64,000 nt of DNA from an uncultured delta proteobacterium (GTDB lineage: Bacteria; Myxococcota; B64-G9), in the NCBI GenBank assembly GCA_963754925.1, contig CAVWHX010000007.1, positions 1 through 64,000 of the forward strand, given 5' to 3'. The notes below the pieces were generated by a model. The model was not told the DNA's origin and did not search any database. It saw nothing but the letters and a program-made list of their open reading frames with translations. A program made the position numbers and the translations under genes. The number at the start of each line of letters is the position of its first letter. The first letter of the stretch is position 1. Of this stretch, positions 30,045 through 40,798 are shown one piece after another.

Positions 30045-30601
30045 TTCCCCCAGTCTGTTTTTTCCATTCACTAACAAAATGAAATATAAAAACTTTCTGT
30101 TTTGATCAAATTCGGGGTTATTTTTAGAGTCCATTTTCCGTGGTACAATAACCACAATTGTTTTTTCATTTTTTATTGATTTGTATGTATAAACTTTTTT
30201 TACATATTGACAACGTATCGAATCATCTCATTAAAAACGGTTGACTCTAGTATCGACGAACCTCTTCTTCGTCTTTCAAGTCGTGGTATATCTACCGCAG
30301 GGCCAGCCAACGGCAGCAACATCTGGTCTTATTTATAAAATATAGAAACCTTTTGACGTAGGGGTTGATTTGCGGGGACTGTTGTGGCACCATGCAGAGT
30401 CGATGATGAGAAAAAAATTCTTCTGTTGGTTACCATGATCTTTGTCATTTGTCCTTACGTTAAGCTATTTGTGTAGAGTTGGGTCATGCCACCGAGTACG
30501 CATCGTGAAGCGACAGGTTGCATATAAAAACTGTTCACTTTCTTGAATCAGGCTCTCATTAGGAATAAAATCCTTTAAAATGGCGGTGGGGCATTTCCAA
30601 C

Positions 30602-33600
30602 ATGGAAAATAAGCGTATTCTCGTTATCGAAAGTGATCCGGATTTCGCGACGGAGCTCTCGCAGATTCTTAGTTCAATGCAGCTTTCGGTAACACTGGAG
30701 GCCGAAGGTCAGGCAGGCATCAATCAAGTAACCAACCTCAATCCCGACCTGATTGTCCTTGCAGCCGAGCTGCCAGGAATGAGCGGTTACTCGGTCTGCA
30801 ACCGAATTAAGAGAAACCAAGAAAACCAACATATTCCGATCCTGATTGTCTCAACGGGCGAGACACCGGACACGTTTGTGCAGCACCAAAGCTATAAAAC
30901 ACCGGCTGACGACTATCTTCTGAGAACGGTTACGGTTCAGGGCATAGCTGACCGTGTTTTGCAGATGATTGGGGGTCTGACTACGCACGTTGACCTGCTT
31001 CCTGCGAATGGGGAGACGGACAGAACACCCGACGAAAGCGCCCCTCCTTCTGAATCGCCCACGCCCGCTGCGGAACAACCCGAGGAAATTATGCCCATTG
31101 AAAATATCGAGTTTGTCGAGGACGCGACTCCCGCACCAGCACCGGCGGCGGTGCCGGCCGTTACGCCAGAACCGATTCCTCGATCAACTCCTCAAACAAA
31201 AGGAGACGGTCTCGATCTTGATCAAGCGTTTGAATTTCTCACCGAACCCTCGTCAGGCCCCGCCGTGTCGGCAGCGGCGAGCCGTGCTCCCGTTTCGCAG
31301 CAACCGCAGCCTCCCCCGCCGCTGCGGCGTCGTACCGAAAAGATAGTAGAGATCGAAGAGGCCGATCAGGCAGACAGCGCTGATGACGGCTTTGACGGTA
31401 AACTCAACTTTCTTCGTAAGAACCTCAAAAAGCGCGAGCGCGAATTAGATGCCGCTCGCCGGGATGCTACCCGACTCAAGGCTCATTATGAGGAAATGGA
31501 AACCAATTTAAAGAAGGCCATGGAGCGGGTCCGAACGCAGGATCAACAACTAGACAAGCTCGAACGGGAGCGCGTGCGCCTCTCCAATGACCTGATCCGC
31601 ACCCAGGGCGAGCTCGAGCAGGTCGCGCAACAAGCTTCAGAGAAGGATCAACGATACGAGCAAGAACACCTCGCCCTCAGCGGAACGCTCAGCGACCAAA
31701 CCAACAAGCTTAAGGTTTTACAGGAGACGCTCCAGCTCCTTACCCAAAAGAAAAGCGAAGAATGTCAAGAATACGAGGATCAGCTTGCCGATGCGCGCAA
31801 GCGTATCGGCTTGCTTCAAGAGTCAATCGATGAGCTTACCAAAGAAAAAGAAAACCGCGAGCAGGAGCTCATTCAAGAGCTGGAGGTCGAACGCGGGCGC
31901 GCCGATCTCTTGCAGGATTCGGTCGATGCCACCACCAACGAGAAGGTAAGCCTCGAGACGCGGCTTGCCGATCTCGAAACTGCTCTGCAAGAGGCCGCCA
32001 CCCAGCGCACAGAACTCGACGCTCAACACAAAGCCGCCGACCAGGCGGCCGAGGAAACGCGTCAAGCTCTCGAGACCGCCCACGCCGATGAAGTCTCCAG
32101 GCTTCACCAGGTGCTGGGCAGCGAGCAAAAAAGATTCGAAGAGCAACTCGCAGAGCAGGCCGCTGCAGCCAACCTGCGGGACCAGGAGCTCAATGCGCGC
32201 GTGTTGGACCGCGAGCGTAACGCCGCCTTAATGCAGGAATCGGCCGAGTCCCAGCGCCAGACGCTCACCGAGCAGATCCAGGTTCTTGAAGGGCACGTCG
32301 AAGACCTCGATCATCGATTAGCTGAATCGGAAGATCGCTTTACCCACACGAGCGCAGAATGGGAAGAGGATAAGCACGTTCTTGAGGAGCAACTTGCCGA
32401 GATCACCAACCGCGGTCAGCAGCTTCAGGACGAGCTTACCCGGCTCAGGCGATCGTCGCAAGAAGAGGTATCCCGCCTCACGTCAACCATCGAGGAGGAA
32501 CAGCAGCGCTTCGAGGTGTTGCGGAGGTCGGCAGATTTAGCAGCGGAAGAGCACGCCCAATCAGAACATGAGCTATCGATAAAACTCGAGGAAAAGCAGA
32601 GTGAGCTTGACGCCTTCACGCAACAGGTAGAAGAGCAACGCGCTGCCGACCAGCAGGCGTACACCGAACTCAACGACCATTTCGAGAAATCTCATAAGAG
32701 GGTCGCCGTTCTTGAAGGAAACCTGGAACAGTCAGCGCTCAAGCTCTCAAACCTCGAGCGGGGCTCGACCCAAAAGATTGCAGAACTCGAGGCATCCGCC
32801 CAAGACCTAACCAACCAACTCCAACAGCAACAAAGCGAGCATGATCAGATCCAAGAACAGTTGTTACAGTCCGAACAATCGGTGATTGATCTTCGCCAGG
32901 CTCTGGAAGAGTCCCAGGGGCACATGCATAAGCTTTCGCAGCAGCTCGAGCAGAGCCAGGTCGCCGCCCAGCAGGCGCATGACCGAACCGTGGCCGAACA
33001 AGCCGCCCAGCGACAAGCCTACGTCAAAGAGCGCAGTCAGTTACTGGCGGTGGTCACGGCAAATGAAAAAGGCATGGCCAAACTCAAGGTCGAGCTGTCA
33101 GGGAGATCAGAAGAAGTTAAAGAACTTGAGGCCGAGTTGAGCGAAGCGCGGTCGCAGTACGATCGCTCACAACAGGAATTGCTGACGTTCCAGCGCCAAC
33201 TCGAGGATCGCGGTAACCGCCTGGCCGAGCTTGCCCAGCAGGTGCAACGTTCGCTTGATGAGTGTGCCGAGCGTGACGCGTCACTTGAAGAAATGCAACA
33301 GGCGCATCAACAGGCGCTCGATGCTCTCCGCCGGCAGGGTGAGGTGAGCCTCCGTGAACTTGAAAGCCGCAAAAATGGAGAAATCGAAAAACTCCGCGCT
33401 GAGTATCGCACCGCCTACGAAAAGTCGGAAGCCGAAAAGAATGCCGCAGTAGAAAAGAATAAGGAGGCGGCCGACAAAAAGCTTGCCAAGTACCAGGAAA
33501 CTATCGAGCAGGCCAAGAACCAATTAATCCAGATGAAGCAGAAAATGGATCAATCTAAACAGGAGGAGCAGCGGCTCCGCGCCCGCGAAAAGAAGATGAT

Positions 33601-33685
33601 GTTGGCGTTACAAAAGGCCCGCGAGGTAATGGGATCCATCAAGAAGGGGCCCGGCGCCGTCACCATTCCCGATCCAGAAGAATAA
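30602..33685 (+). CDS. Pseudo-receiver plus long coiled-coil protein, AglZ/FrzS-like
   Basis: ILVIESD, PDLIVLAAEL (no phospho-Asp), FVQHQSYKTPADDY; Pro-rich linker; about 750 aa of E/Q-rich heptads. Confidence 0.85.
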   Translation: MENKRILVIESDPDFATELSQILSSMQLSVTLEAEGQAGINQVTNLNPDLIVLAAELPGMSGYSVCNRIKRNQENQHIPILIVSTGETPDTFVQHQSYKTPADDYLLRTVTVQGIADRVLQMIGGLTTHVDLLPANGETDRTPDESAPPSESPTPAAEQPEEIMPIENIEFVEDATPAPAPAAVPAVTPEPIPRSTPQTKGDGLDLDQAFEFLTEPSSGPAVSAAASRAPVSQQPQPPPPLRRRTEKIVEIEEADQADSADDGFDGKLNFLRKNLKKRERELDAARRDATRLKAHYEEMETNLKKAMERVRTQDQQLDKLERERVRLSNDLIRTQGELEQVAQQASEKDQRYEQEHLALSGTLSDQTNKLKVLQETLQLLTQKKSEECQEYEDQLADARKRIGLLQESIDELTKEKENREQELIQELEVERGRADLLQDSVDATTNEKVSLETRLADLETALQEAATQRTELDAQHKAADQAAEETRQALETAHADEVSRLHQVLGSEQKRFEEQLAEQAAAANLRDQELNARVLDRERNAALMQESAESQRQTLTEQIQVLEGHVEDLDHRLAESEDRFTHTSAEWEEDKHVLEEQLAEITNRGQQLQDELTRLRRSSQEEVSRLTSTIEEEQQRFEVLRRSADLAAEEHAQSEHELSIKLEEKQSELDAFTQQVEEQRAADQQAYTELNDHFEKSHKRVAVLEGNLEQSALKLSNLERGSTQKIAELEASAQDLTNQLQQQQSEHDQIQEQLLQSEQSVIDLRQALEESQGHMHKLSQQLEQSQVAAQQAHDRTVAEQAAQRQAYVKERSQLLAVVTANEKGMAKLKVELSGRSEEVKELEAELSEARSQYDRSQQELLTFQRQLEDRGNRLAELAQQVQRSLDECAERDASLEEMQQAHQQALDALRRQGEVSLRELESRKNGEIEKLRAEYRTAYEKSEAEKNAAVEKNKEAADKKLAKYQETIEQAKNQLIQMKQKMDQSKQEEQRLRAREKKMMLALQKAREVMGSIKKGPGAVTIPDPEE

Positions 33686-33688
33686 TGC

Positions 33689-34204
33689 TCATACCCTAAT
33701 AATTTCTGATTGAACGCCGGCGCCCAGATCAAGGTACGCCATCGAAAGGTAGGGCGCAACGTGCCGATCGGTCGGGCTACCCGGATTGAGCAAGAGCACA
33801 TCGTGGCGTTTCTCATTCAATGGCTGGTGGCTGTGTCCAAACACCACTACCTCAACCTCTGGTTTTCCGTTGCTGCCGATGAAACGCTCTGCCACTCGGC
33901 GGGGTAAATCTCCCGGTGCACCCCACCCGTGGATCAAGCCAACGGCATGGCCAGCTAACTGCAACACTTGGTGTTCCGGTAGGCGAACTCTGAGGTCTTC
34001 CGAATCCATGTTGCCGAACACCGCTTGCACCGGCGCAATACTGCCGATCGCATCCAGAAGCTCCGTACAAACGAGATCTCCCGCATGGAGGATCAGGTCG
34101 ACGCCCTGTAGATATTTCAGAAGTCGAGAAACAACCCGATCAACTTGGTTTGCCTGGGTATGGGTATCGGAGAGGACGGCAACGTGCATGGAACTATCAG
34201 GCAA
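33689..34204 (-). CDS. YfcE/MJ0936-like metallophosphoesterase
   Basis: SDTH, HAGD, GNMD, IHG, FGHSH, NPGSPT. Confidence 0.92.
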   Translation of the reverse strand: MPDSSMHVAVLSDTHTQANQVDRVVSRLLKYLQGVDLILHAGDLVCTELLDAIGSIAPVQAVFGNMDSEDLRVRLPEHQVLQLAGHAVGLIHGWGAPGDLPRRVAERFIGSNGKPEVEVVVFGHSHQPLNEKRHDVLLLNPGSPTDRHVAPYLSMAYLDLGAGVQSEIIRV

Positions 34205-36108
34205 CGGTCGGCGAGGGTTCCGGCTTGGGCGGCATGCCGCCGGGGCTTTTATCTTTCAACCCGGCTTGTTCGGCAGAGATAAGCCGCGTCTCAATTGGTC
34301 TGGGTCGAGACAATTCTTCTCCCTTGATAATTTTCTCTACATCATCGGCATCAAGGGTCTCGAAGATAAGCAGTGCTTTCGCTAAACGATGCAGGGTTTC
34401 TAAATTCTCCTCAACCAGCCCCCGCGCCCAATGGTATCCTTCCTCGACCAAGCGGCGCACCTCGGCATCGATTTCCTGGGCCGTATTCTCGCTATAGTCA
34501 CGATGCTGGGCAATTTCGCGGCCAAGGAAGATCTGTTCTTCTTTTTTACCAAAGCTCAAGGGACCGAGCTTTTCGCTCATGCCCCATTCGCAGACCATCT
34601 TGCGCGCCAGATCGGTAGCATGCTCAATATCCTGTCCCGCGCCGTTGGTCTGCTCTTTGAGAACCAGTTCCTCGGCAACGCGTCCGCCCATGAGCCCACA
34701 GATGATGTTTTGAGCCTGCGACCGAGACATCGTATGCCGGTCCTCTTTGGGAAGCTGCTGGGTCACACCGAGTGCCATACCGCGCGGAATAATGGTTACC
34801 TTGTGCACCGGATCAGCCTTCGGAAGAAGCTTGGCGACCAGTGCATGGCCGGCCTCATGATAAGCCGTGAGACGCTTTTCTTCCTCACTGATTATCATCG
34901 ACTTGCGTTCAGATCCCATCAGCACCTTATCTTTAGCCAATTCGAGGTTGTCCTGGGTCAAATTTTGTTGAGCGGCGCGCGCCGCAAGCAACGCAGCCTC
35001 ATTGACGAGATTTTCAAGATCGGCGCCTGAGAAACCCGGCGTTCCTCGTGCTATCATCCCAAGATCGACTTCGGGGGCGAGGGGTGTTTTACGAGTATGT
35101 ACTTTGAGTATACCCAACCGACCCCGCAGATCGGGACGGGGCACCACGACGCGCCGATCGAAGCGTCCCGGACGCAAGAGCGCTGGATCAAGAACGTCCG
35201 GTCGGTTGGTGGCCGCAACGAGAATGACGCCTTCATTCGATTCGAAACCGTCCATCTCGACCAATAATTGGTTGAGGGTCTGTTCGCGTTCATCATGTCC
35301 GCCGCCGAGGCCGGCCCCGCGATGCCGACCGACGGCGTCGAGTTCGTCGATGAAAATGATGCAGGGCGCATGCTTCTTGCCTTGCTCGAACAGATCGCGC
35401 ACCCGCGAGGCGCCGACGCCGACAAACATTTCGACGAAATCCGAGCCTGCGATACTAAAAAAGGGAACGCCAGCCTCGCCCGCGATCGCCCTGGCCAGGA
35501 GCGTTTTGCCGGTTCCCGGCGGGCCCATGAGCAGGACGCCTTTCGGAATGCGGCCGCCGAGGCGGGTAAATTTTTTGGGGCTCTTGAGGAACTCAATAAT
35601 CTCTTGAAGCTCTTCCTTGGCCTCTTCCACACCAGCGACATCGTTGAATGTGACCTTATTGGCCTGGTTGTTGAGCAAGCGCGCCTTGCTCTTGCCAAAA
35701 GACATAGCTTTACCGCCGCCGGCTTGGAGCTGTCGCATGAAAAAGATAAAAATCACCAGTAAAAAGACGATGGGCAACCAGTACACCACGGCCGTTTGCC
35801 AGAACGGATTTTGTTCCTCTTTCTCCACATTGATGACGACGTGGTGGGTTTTGAGATCGCGCACTGAGATCATCGGAGAGAATCGCGCGTGTCGTAAAGG
35901 TTTGCGGGGTGCCCTCAATGAGTTCACCGCTGATTTCGCTACCACTAATGGTTACTTTTTTGACATTATTCTTCTCTACTTCTTCCCAAAACTGCGAAAA
36001 TGCTACGTTTTTACCATCCTGTGGAGCATTTGAAAATATCTGATAGAACGTGATGAACATCGCTATCAGCAGTACCCACAGAAGAATCGTCTTATGACTT
36101 TGTTTCAA
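34197..36108 (-). CDS. ftsH: ATP-dependent zinc metalloprotease FtsH (one indel near 35866)
   Basis: Two TM helices, [28 protein letters not shown]-terminus in ORF 35710..36108. Confidence 0.96.
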
Positions 36109-36173
36109 AAACTGCCTACCTTTCCTCCAAAAAAATCTACCTCAACTTCATCGAAAATCAACGAACTTAATTG

Positions 36174-36202
36174 AGTATATGGCCTTGTGGCTGATCCGTC
36201 AA
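36174..36202 (-). promoter_or_regulatory. Sigma70 promoter of ftsH
   Basis: Minus strand TTGACG-17 nt-TATACT. Confidence 0.7.
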
Positions 36203-36389
36203 GCGAGCCTAGTAAAAAAATCACCTATTATTCTTGCATTAAAGCAAATCAGGATTTCTTCCCAATCATTGACTAGAAAGCGAATTCAGATAACGATGTT
36301 ACCTGCTCTATGAAAATGATGAAAGAAATTTTCGATGTCGGTAAAAAGCGTTTGAGAATACCCCTTTCATAGACCCAAAGGAGGCGCAT

Positions 36390-38906
36390 GTGAGCATCCA
36401 AGCGGCACGTGCAACCGGTCACGCAATCAAGCAACCCAAGAATCTCTCGAAGCGCATGACGTGGCTGCGGGATTATTACTTCAAGGGCTCAAGGCGCGCG
36501 TGGAACAACGAGTTTACGGCTTGGACCACCGGTGCACCTTGGGATGTGCAGTTCGACGAGATGACGTACTACATCGTGCCCGAGACCTATCCTTTCCTGC
36601 AGACTTTTCGGTCCTCCCTGCAACAGGCTTCGAGGAGAGTGGATCTCCCCAGAGACTTCTGGACCTGGAGCCTGCCCGAACGCAAGGCATGGTTTCTGAA
36701 AGAGGTCATGGTCAACTATGTGCCCCAAGAGGTTCTACCCGGGGACCTCATCGCTGGCGGACGCTTCAATGTCCAGACATCCAAGTGCTGGACAAGAAAA
36801 GAAGCCAAGGCGCGTGACCAGCTCATCTACGGAAATAAAGGGGCCAGGGCTGCGATGAAGTGGTTCCATGATCACGGCTATGGCAACTCGGGCGCCACCT
36901 CCGGCCACATCATCCCTGGATACGAGCGCGTCTTGAAGATAGGCTGGAAGGGTGTGTATGAGGAGATTCAGGCAAATTACGATCACCTTGGCGAGCAGGA
37001 CAAGCAAGGGAGGAAGGGAGCTGAGCTTCGGGCCATGCTGATTGCCGCCACCATGGGAAAAGACCTGGCCGGAAAATACGCATCGCTCTGCGAACGCCTC
37101 GCAACAACCGTGAAGGACCCAAAACGCACGGCAGAACTAGAACAGATGGCACAGAACCTAACGAGAGTCCCCTGGGAGCCGGCTCGGACCTTCTGGGAGG
37201 CGGTGCAGGCCCTGTGGCTCTCGCACATGCTGGTTATGAGCGACGAGAACTACCCGGGTCCCGGTGTGTCGTTCGGCAGAATAGACCAGTATCTGCTACC
37301 CTACTGGCAGTATTCAATCGATCGCGGCATGGACCGAGAGTTCGGCAAGGAGATCTTGAAATGCTTTTGGATCCACGCCAACACGGTCTACGATGCTATG
37401 ATCGGCATCGGCACTAACGGCATCACCGCAGGCTATGGTCAGCTGATCACGCTCTCGGGCATGGGGGAGAGAGGAGTCGACCTCACCAACGACCTGACCT
37501 ACGCAATGCTGGAGGTGATCGACGAGATGGCTCCCCTGCTGGAGCCCAAGCCAAATGTCAGGCTCCATAGAAACAGCCCTGACCGGCTGCTTGGCATCGT
37601 GGTTGATATGATCTCATCAAGTCAGGGCGCTCCGTTTCCGATCAACTTCGACGAGCGTTCGATCGCGGGTATGCTCCGCGAGGCCAGGAAGGCAGGCGTC
37701 ACGCACCTGATCAACGAGGCCAATGTGTACGACTACGCGCCCGTGGGTTGCCTGGAGAACACCATGGTTGGCAATGACCGCTCCGGCACCGTGGACAGCA
37801 ATTTAAACCTCCTGAAGGCTGTGGAGCTGACCTTAAACAACGGGAAGGATTTCTTTGACTTCATCGATACCATCACGGGCGAGGTGGAGAAAGTCAAGCA
37901 GGTGGGGCCTAAGACCGGCGATGCAACGGCCTTTGCAACCTGGGAGGAATTTTGGGAGGCCTATGCCGAGCAAACGCGCCACATAGTTAAGAAGTGCGTT
38001 GAGCTCTACGAGATTTCAGAATCCCTGCGCGCCCGATACTGCCCGACGCCGTACCTATCCTGCCTGGTCAAGGGCTGCGCAGAAAAGGGACTTGACATCA
38101 CCCAAGGAGGTGCCGAGCTCGGTTTTACCACTATAGAGGCCGTCACCTTCGCAACCAGCGTTGACTCCCTGTTGGCGATACAGCACCTGGTCTTTGAAAA
38201 GAAGGCATGCACCATGGCCGAGCTCATCAATGCCCTCAAAGCAAACTGGCAAGGTTATGAGAAACTGCAGGCACAGGCGTGTTACCGGGCGCCCAAGTAT
38301 GGACGTGACGAAGATACGGCCGACGAAATGGCCGCAAAAGTCATGGAATTGTGGTGTGAAGAGACCTGGAAGTACAAGACCGTCTCCACCAACCGCCAGT
38401 TTAGGCCAGGGATGCTGAGCTGGAACTACTGGGTGGCGGACGGCTTTATTTTACCGGCGAGTCCGGATGGCAGACCCAAAGGAAGGTTTCTTTCCAACGC
38501 CATCTGCCCGTCGAATGGTGCGGATATCTACGGCCCTACGGCTAATGTAAACTCAGTGGGTAAAGCTCTGGGCGGCAAGGTGGCGGACGGCACGGGAGAC
38601 TTCAAGGAATACGTAAACCGCCTGCCGAATGGCGCAAGCCATACCATTAGCATCAATCCCTCATTGTTGAGTGATGCGGAGCACAAAGAAAAATTCAAAG
38701 CGTTCCTGAAGGGGTATGTAGAAAACGGCGGCAGCGCACTCCAAATCAACGTGATTGATGCGGATACGCTGAGAGCGGCACAGAAGAGTCCTGAGGATTA
38801 CCGCTCGCTCCTGGTGAGAATCACGGGCTACAATGCCTATTTTACGAGCATTGGGAGAGAGCTCCAAGATGAAGTGATCGCCAGGATCAGCCATGAGGCG
38901 CTGTAG
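36390..38906 (+). CDS. Glycyl radical enzyme of unknown substrate (PFL-like superfamily, not PFL)
   Basis: C-terminal LLVRITGYNAYF glycyl loop; single-Cys loop APVGCLE; SFGRIDQYL; PKYG; ASPDGR; SD AAGGAGG. Confidence 0.93.
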   Translation: MSIQAARATGHAIKQPKNLSKRMTWLRDYYFKGSRRAWNNEFTAWTTGAPWDVQFDEMTYYIVPETYPFLQTFRSSLQQASRRVDLPRDFWTWSLPERKAWFLKEVMVNYVPQEVLPGDLIAGGRFNVQTSKCWTRKEAKARDQLIYGNKGARAAMKWFHDHGYGNSGATSGHIIPGYERVLKIGWKGVYEEIQANYDHLGEQDKQGRKGAELRAMLIAATMGKDLAGKYASLCERLATTVKDPKRTAELEQMAQNLTRVPWEPARTFWEAVQALWLSHMLVMSDENYPGPGVSFGRIDQYLLPYWQYSIDRGMDREFGKEILKCFWIHANTVYDAMIGIGTNGITAGYGQLITLSGMGERGVDLTNDLTYAMLEVIDEMAPLLEPKPNVRLHRNSPDRLLGIVVDMISSSQGAPFPINFDERSIAGMLREARKAGVTHLINEANVYDYAPVGCLENTMVGNDRSGTVDSNLNLLKAVELTLNNGKDFFDFIDTITGEVEKVKQVGPKTGDATAFATWEEFWEAYAEQTRHIVKKCVELYEISESLRARYCPTPYLSCLVKGCAEKGLDITQGGAELGFTTIEAVTFATSVDSLLAIQHLVFEKKACTMAELINALKANWQGYEKLQAQACYRAPKYGRDEDTADEMAAKVMELWCEETWKYKTVSTNRQFRPGMLSWNYWVADGFILPASPDGRPKGRFLSNAICPSNGADIYGPTANVNSVGKALGGKVADGTGDFKEYVNRLPNGASHTISINPSLLSDAEHKEKFKAFLKGYVENGGSALQINVIDADTLRAAQKSPEDYRSLLVRITGYNAYFTSIGRELQDEVIARISHEAL

Positions 38907-38912
38907 GGGAAC

Positions 38913-39953
38913 ATGGAACGTCGATCAGCCATCAAAGAAACCAGCGAAAAAAGCAAAGGCGTGATCCTCCGCGTCCAGCGTATGTCGACTGAGGATGGAC
39001 CTGGTATTAGGAGCACCATCTTTTTCAAGGGCTGCACGTTAAACTGTATATGGTGCCACAACCCCGAAGGCATATCGCCAAAGATCCAGATCCATCAGGT
39101 GTTGGCGCGATGCATCGGGTGCCGAAGTTGCATCGAAGTTTGCGCCGCGGGAGCTCTCACGGCGGGAACGGCCGGCATCGCCATTGACCGGGAGAAGTGC
39201 ACCAGCTGTCTTGCCTGTGTCGAAATCTGCCCTTCCACCGCCATGGAAGCATACGGCGAGACCGGTGAACTCGATACCCTGGTACGCGAGCTGCAGAAGG
39301 ACCGGGTCTACTTCGAGAAATCCGGCGGCGGGGTGACCCTTTCGGGCGGCGAGCCCCTCATGCAGGCCGCGTTTGCGAAGGATCTCTGTACCGCGTTCAA
39401 ACACAGCGGCATCTCGACGGCACTGGACACGTGCGGTCAGTGCACCTGGGATACCTTCAACGATCTCTTGCCCGTCACCGACCTGTTGCTCTATGACCTG
39501 AAGGTCTTGGACTTCAAACTGCACCGGGAGTTTACCGGCGCGGGCAACGAGCGAATTCTTGAAAACCTCGTGCGCCTCGCGAAGCAGGTGCGCGAGCACG
39601 GTATGCCGAAAGAGATCTGGGTGCGTACGCCGCTTATCCCAGGCTGCACGGCCACGGGAGAGAACATTAGGGCCATCGGCATGTTCATTAAGAAAAACCT
39701 GAGCGCGGCGGTGAGCAGGTGGGAGTTGTGCGCTTTCAATAACTTGTGCGTTGACAAATATGATGGCCTGGGTATCGATTGGCGCTTTAGAGAGATTGGT
39801 CCCATGACCAGGGATGACGCTTGCCGGCTCGCGAGAATCGCACAAGATTCGGGCGTTGACGCCAGGATAGTCCACCTGAGCGGGCCTATGAAGAACGTTA
39901 TTACGAGCGAACCTTCCGAGCAGGTTATAAGTGATCGGGGAGGCACCGTATGA
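38913..39953 (+). CDS. Glycyl-radical activating enzyme (radical SAM) with 2x[4Fe-4S] ferredoxin insert
   Basis: DGPGIRSTIFFKGCTLNCIWCHNPE; CIGCRSCIEVC; CTSCLACVEICP; GVTLSGGEP. Confidence 0.95.
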   Translation: MERRSAIKETSEKSKGVILRVQRMSTEDGPGIRSTIFFKGCTLNCIWCHNPEGISPKIQIHQVLARCIGCRSCIEVCAAGALTAGTAGIAIDREKCTSCLACVEICPSTAMEAYGETGELDTLVRELQKDRVYFEKSGGGVTLSGGEPLMQAAFAKDLCTAFKHSGISTALDTCGQCTWDTFNDLLPVTDLLLYDLKVLDFKLHREFTGAGNERILENLVRLAKQVREHGMPKEIWVRTPLIPGCTATGENIRAIGMFIKKNLSAAVSRWELCAFNNLCVDKYDGLGIDWRFREIGPMTRDDACRLARIAQDSGVDARIVHLSGPMKNVITSEPSEQVISDRGGTV

Positions 39954-40798
39954 AAAATATCTATACGTCCTTTGACCAAAAAGACCTCAAGGAATTCGAG
40001 CCAGATGCCAAGGTTGGCATCATCGCCACGGTGAATCCGGCAGGCCAACCCCACCTCACCCTCATCACCACGCTTCAAGCGGCGTCCCCTACCCGGCTGA
40101 TCTTCGGCCAATTTACCGAAGGTCGCAGCAAGGAACAGGTGAAGACCAATCCGAAGGTCGGTTTTACTATCATGACGAGGGAGAGAAGTCTGTGGCGGGG
40201 CATGGCAATCTGGACGCACACCATGGAGCACGGTGAAGAATACGAGATGTTCAACAAAAAACCCATGTTCCGATACAACGCTTATTTCGGCATCCATACC
40301 GCGCACTACCTGGACCTCAAACAGACCTACGGCAGGGAGGCGCTTCCGCTGGTGCGGATACTGATCGCGACCCTCGTGACCAGGGTTGCGAGACCCGCCG
40401 CTGCCGCCGGGCGGACAGAAAGAATTCTCAAACCCTGGGCAGAGGATCTGTTCAAGCGGATCGACACCATCAAGTTCCTATCGTACCTGAAAGAAGACGG
40501 GTTCCCCGTGATAATCCCGCTTATGGGCTGCCAGGCAGCCGATAGCCGGCGACTCGTCTTCGCTCCGCTTGCGTATGCAGATGAGCTGGCGGAGCTTCGC
40601 GAGGGTACTACCGTTGCGGTGTTCGGGCTGACTATGCAGATGGAGAACGTGCTGGTACGCGGTCTGTTCGCAGGCTTTTCCAGATACCGGGGTATCACCC
40701 TCGGCCGCGTGGAGCTCAACTGGGTGTACAATTCCATGCCGCCGGTGCCCGGTCAGGTTTACCCCGAGGAAGAACTCAGGCCGGTGATGAATTATTGA
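39950..40798 (+). CDS. Tandem pyridoxamine-5'-phosphate-oxidase-like (FMN split-barrel) protein
   Basis: GIIATVNPAGQPH...VKTNPKVG, and a second repeat KFLSYLKEDGFPVI; ATGA overlap with the activase. Confidence 0.75.
   Translation: MKNIYTSFDQKDLKEFEPDAKVGIIATVNPAGQPHLTLITTLQAASPTRLIFGQFTEGRSKEQVKTNPKVGFTIMTRERSLWRGMAIWTHTMEHGEEYEMFNKKPMFRYNAYFGIHTAHYLDLKQTYGREALPLVRILIATLVTRVARPAAAAGRTERILKPWAEDLFKRIDTIKFLSYLKEDGFPVIIPLMGCQAADSRRLVFAPLAYADELAELREGTTVAVFGLTMQMENVLVRGLFAGFSRYRGITLGRVELNWVYNSMPPVPGQVYPEEELRPVMNY

Noticed and set aside
36390..38906. Pyruvate formate-lyase (pflB) or 4-hydroxyphenylacetate decarboxylase
   Set aside because: No Cys-Cys loop for PFL; GCLE alone is insufficient for the decarboxylase and no small Fe-S subunit gene is present
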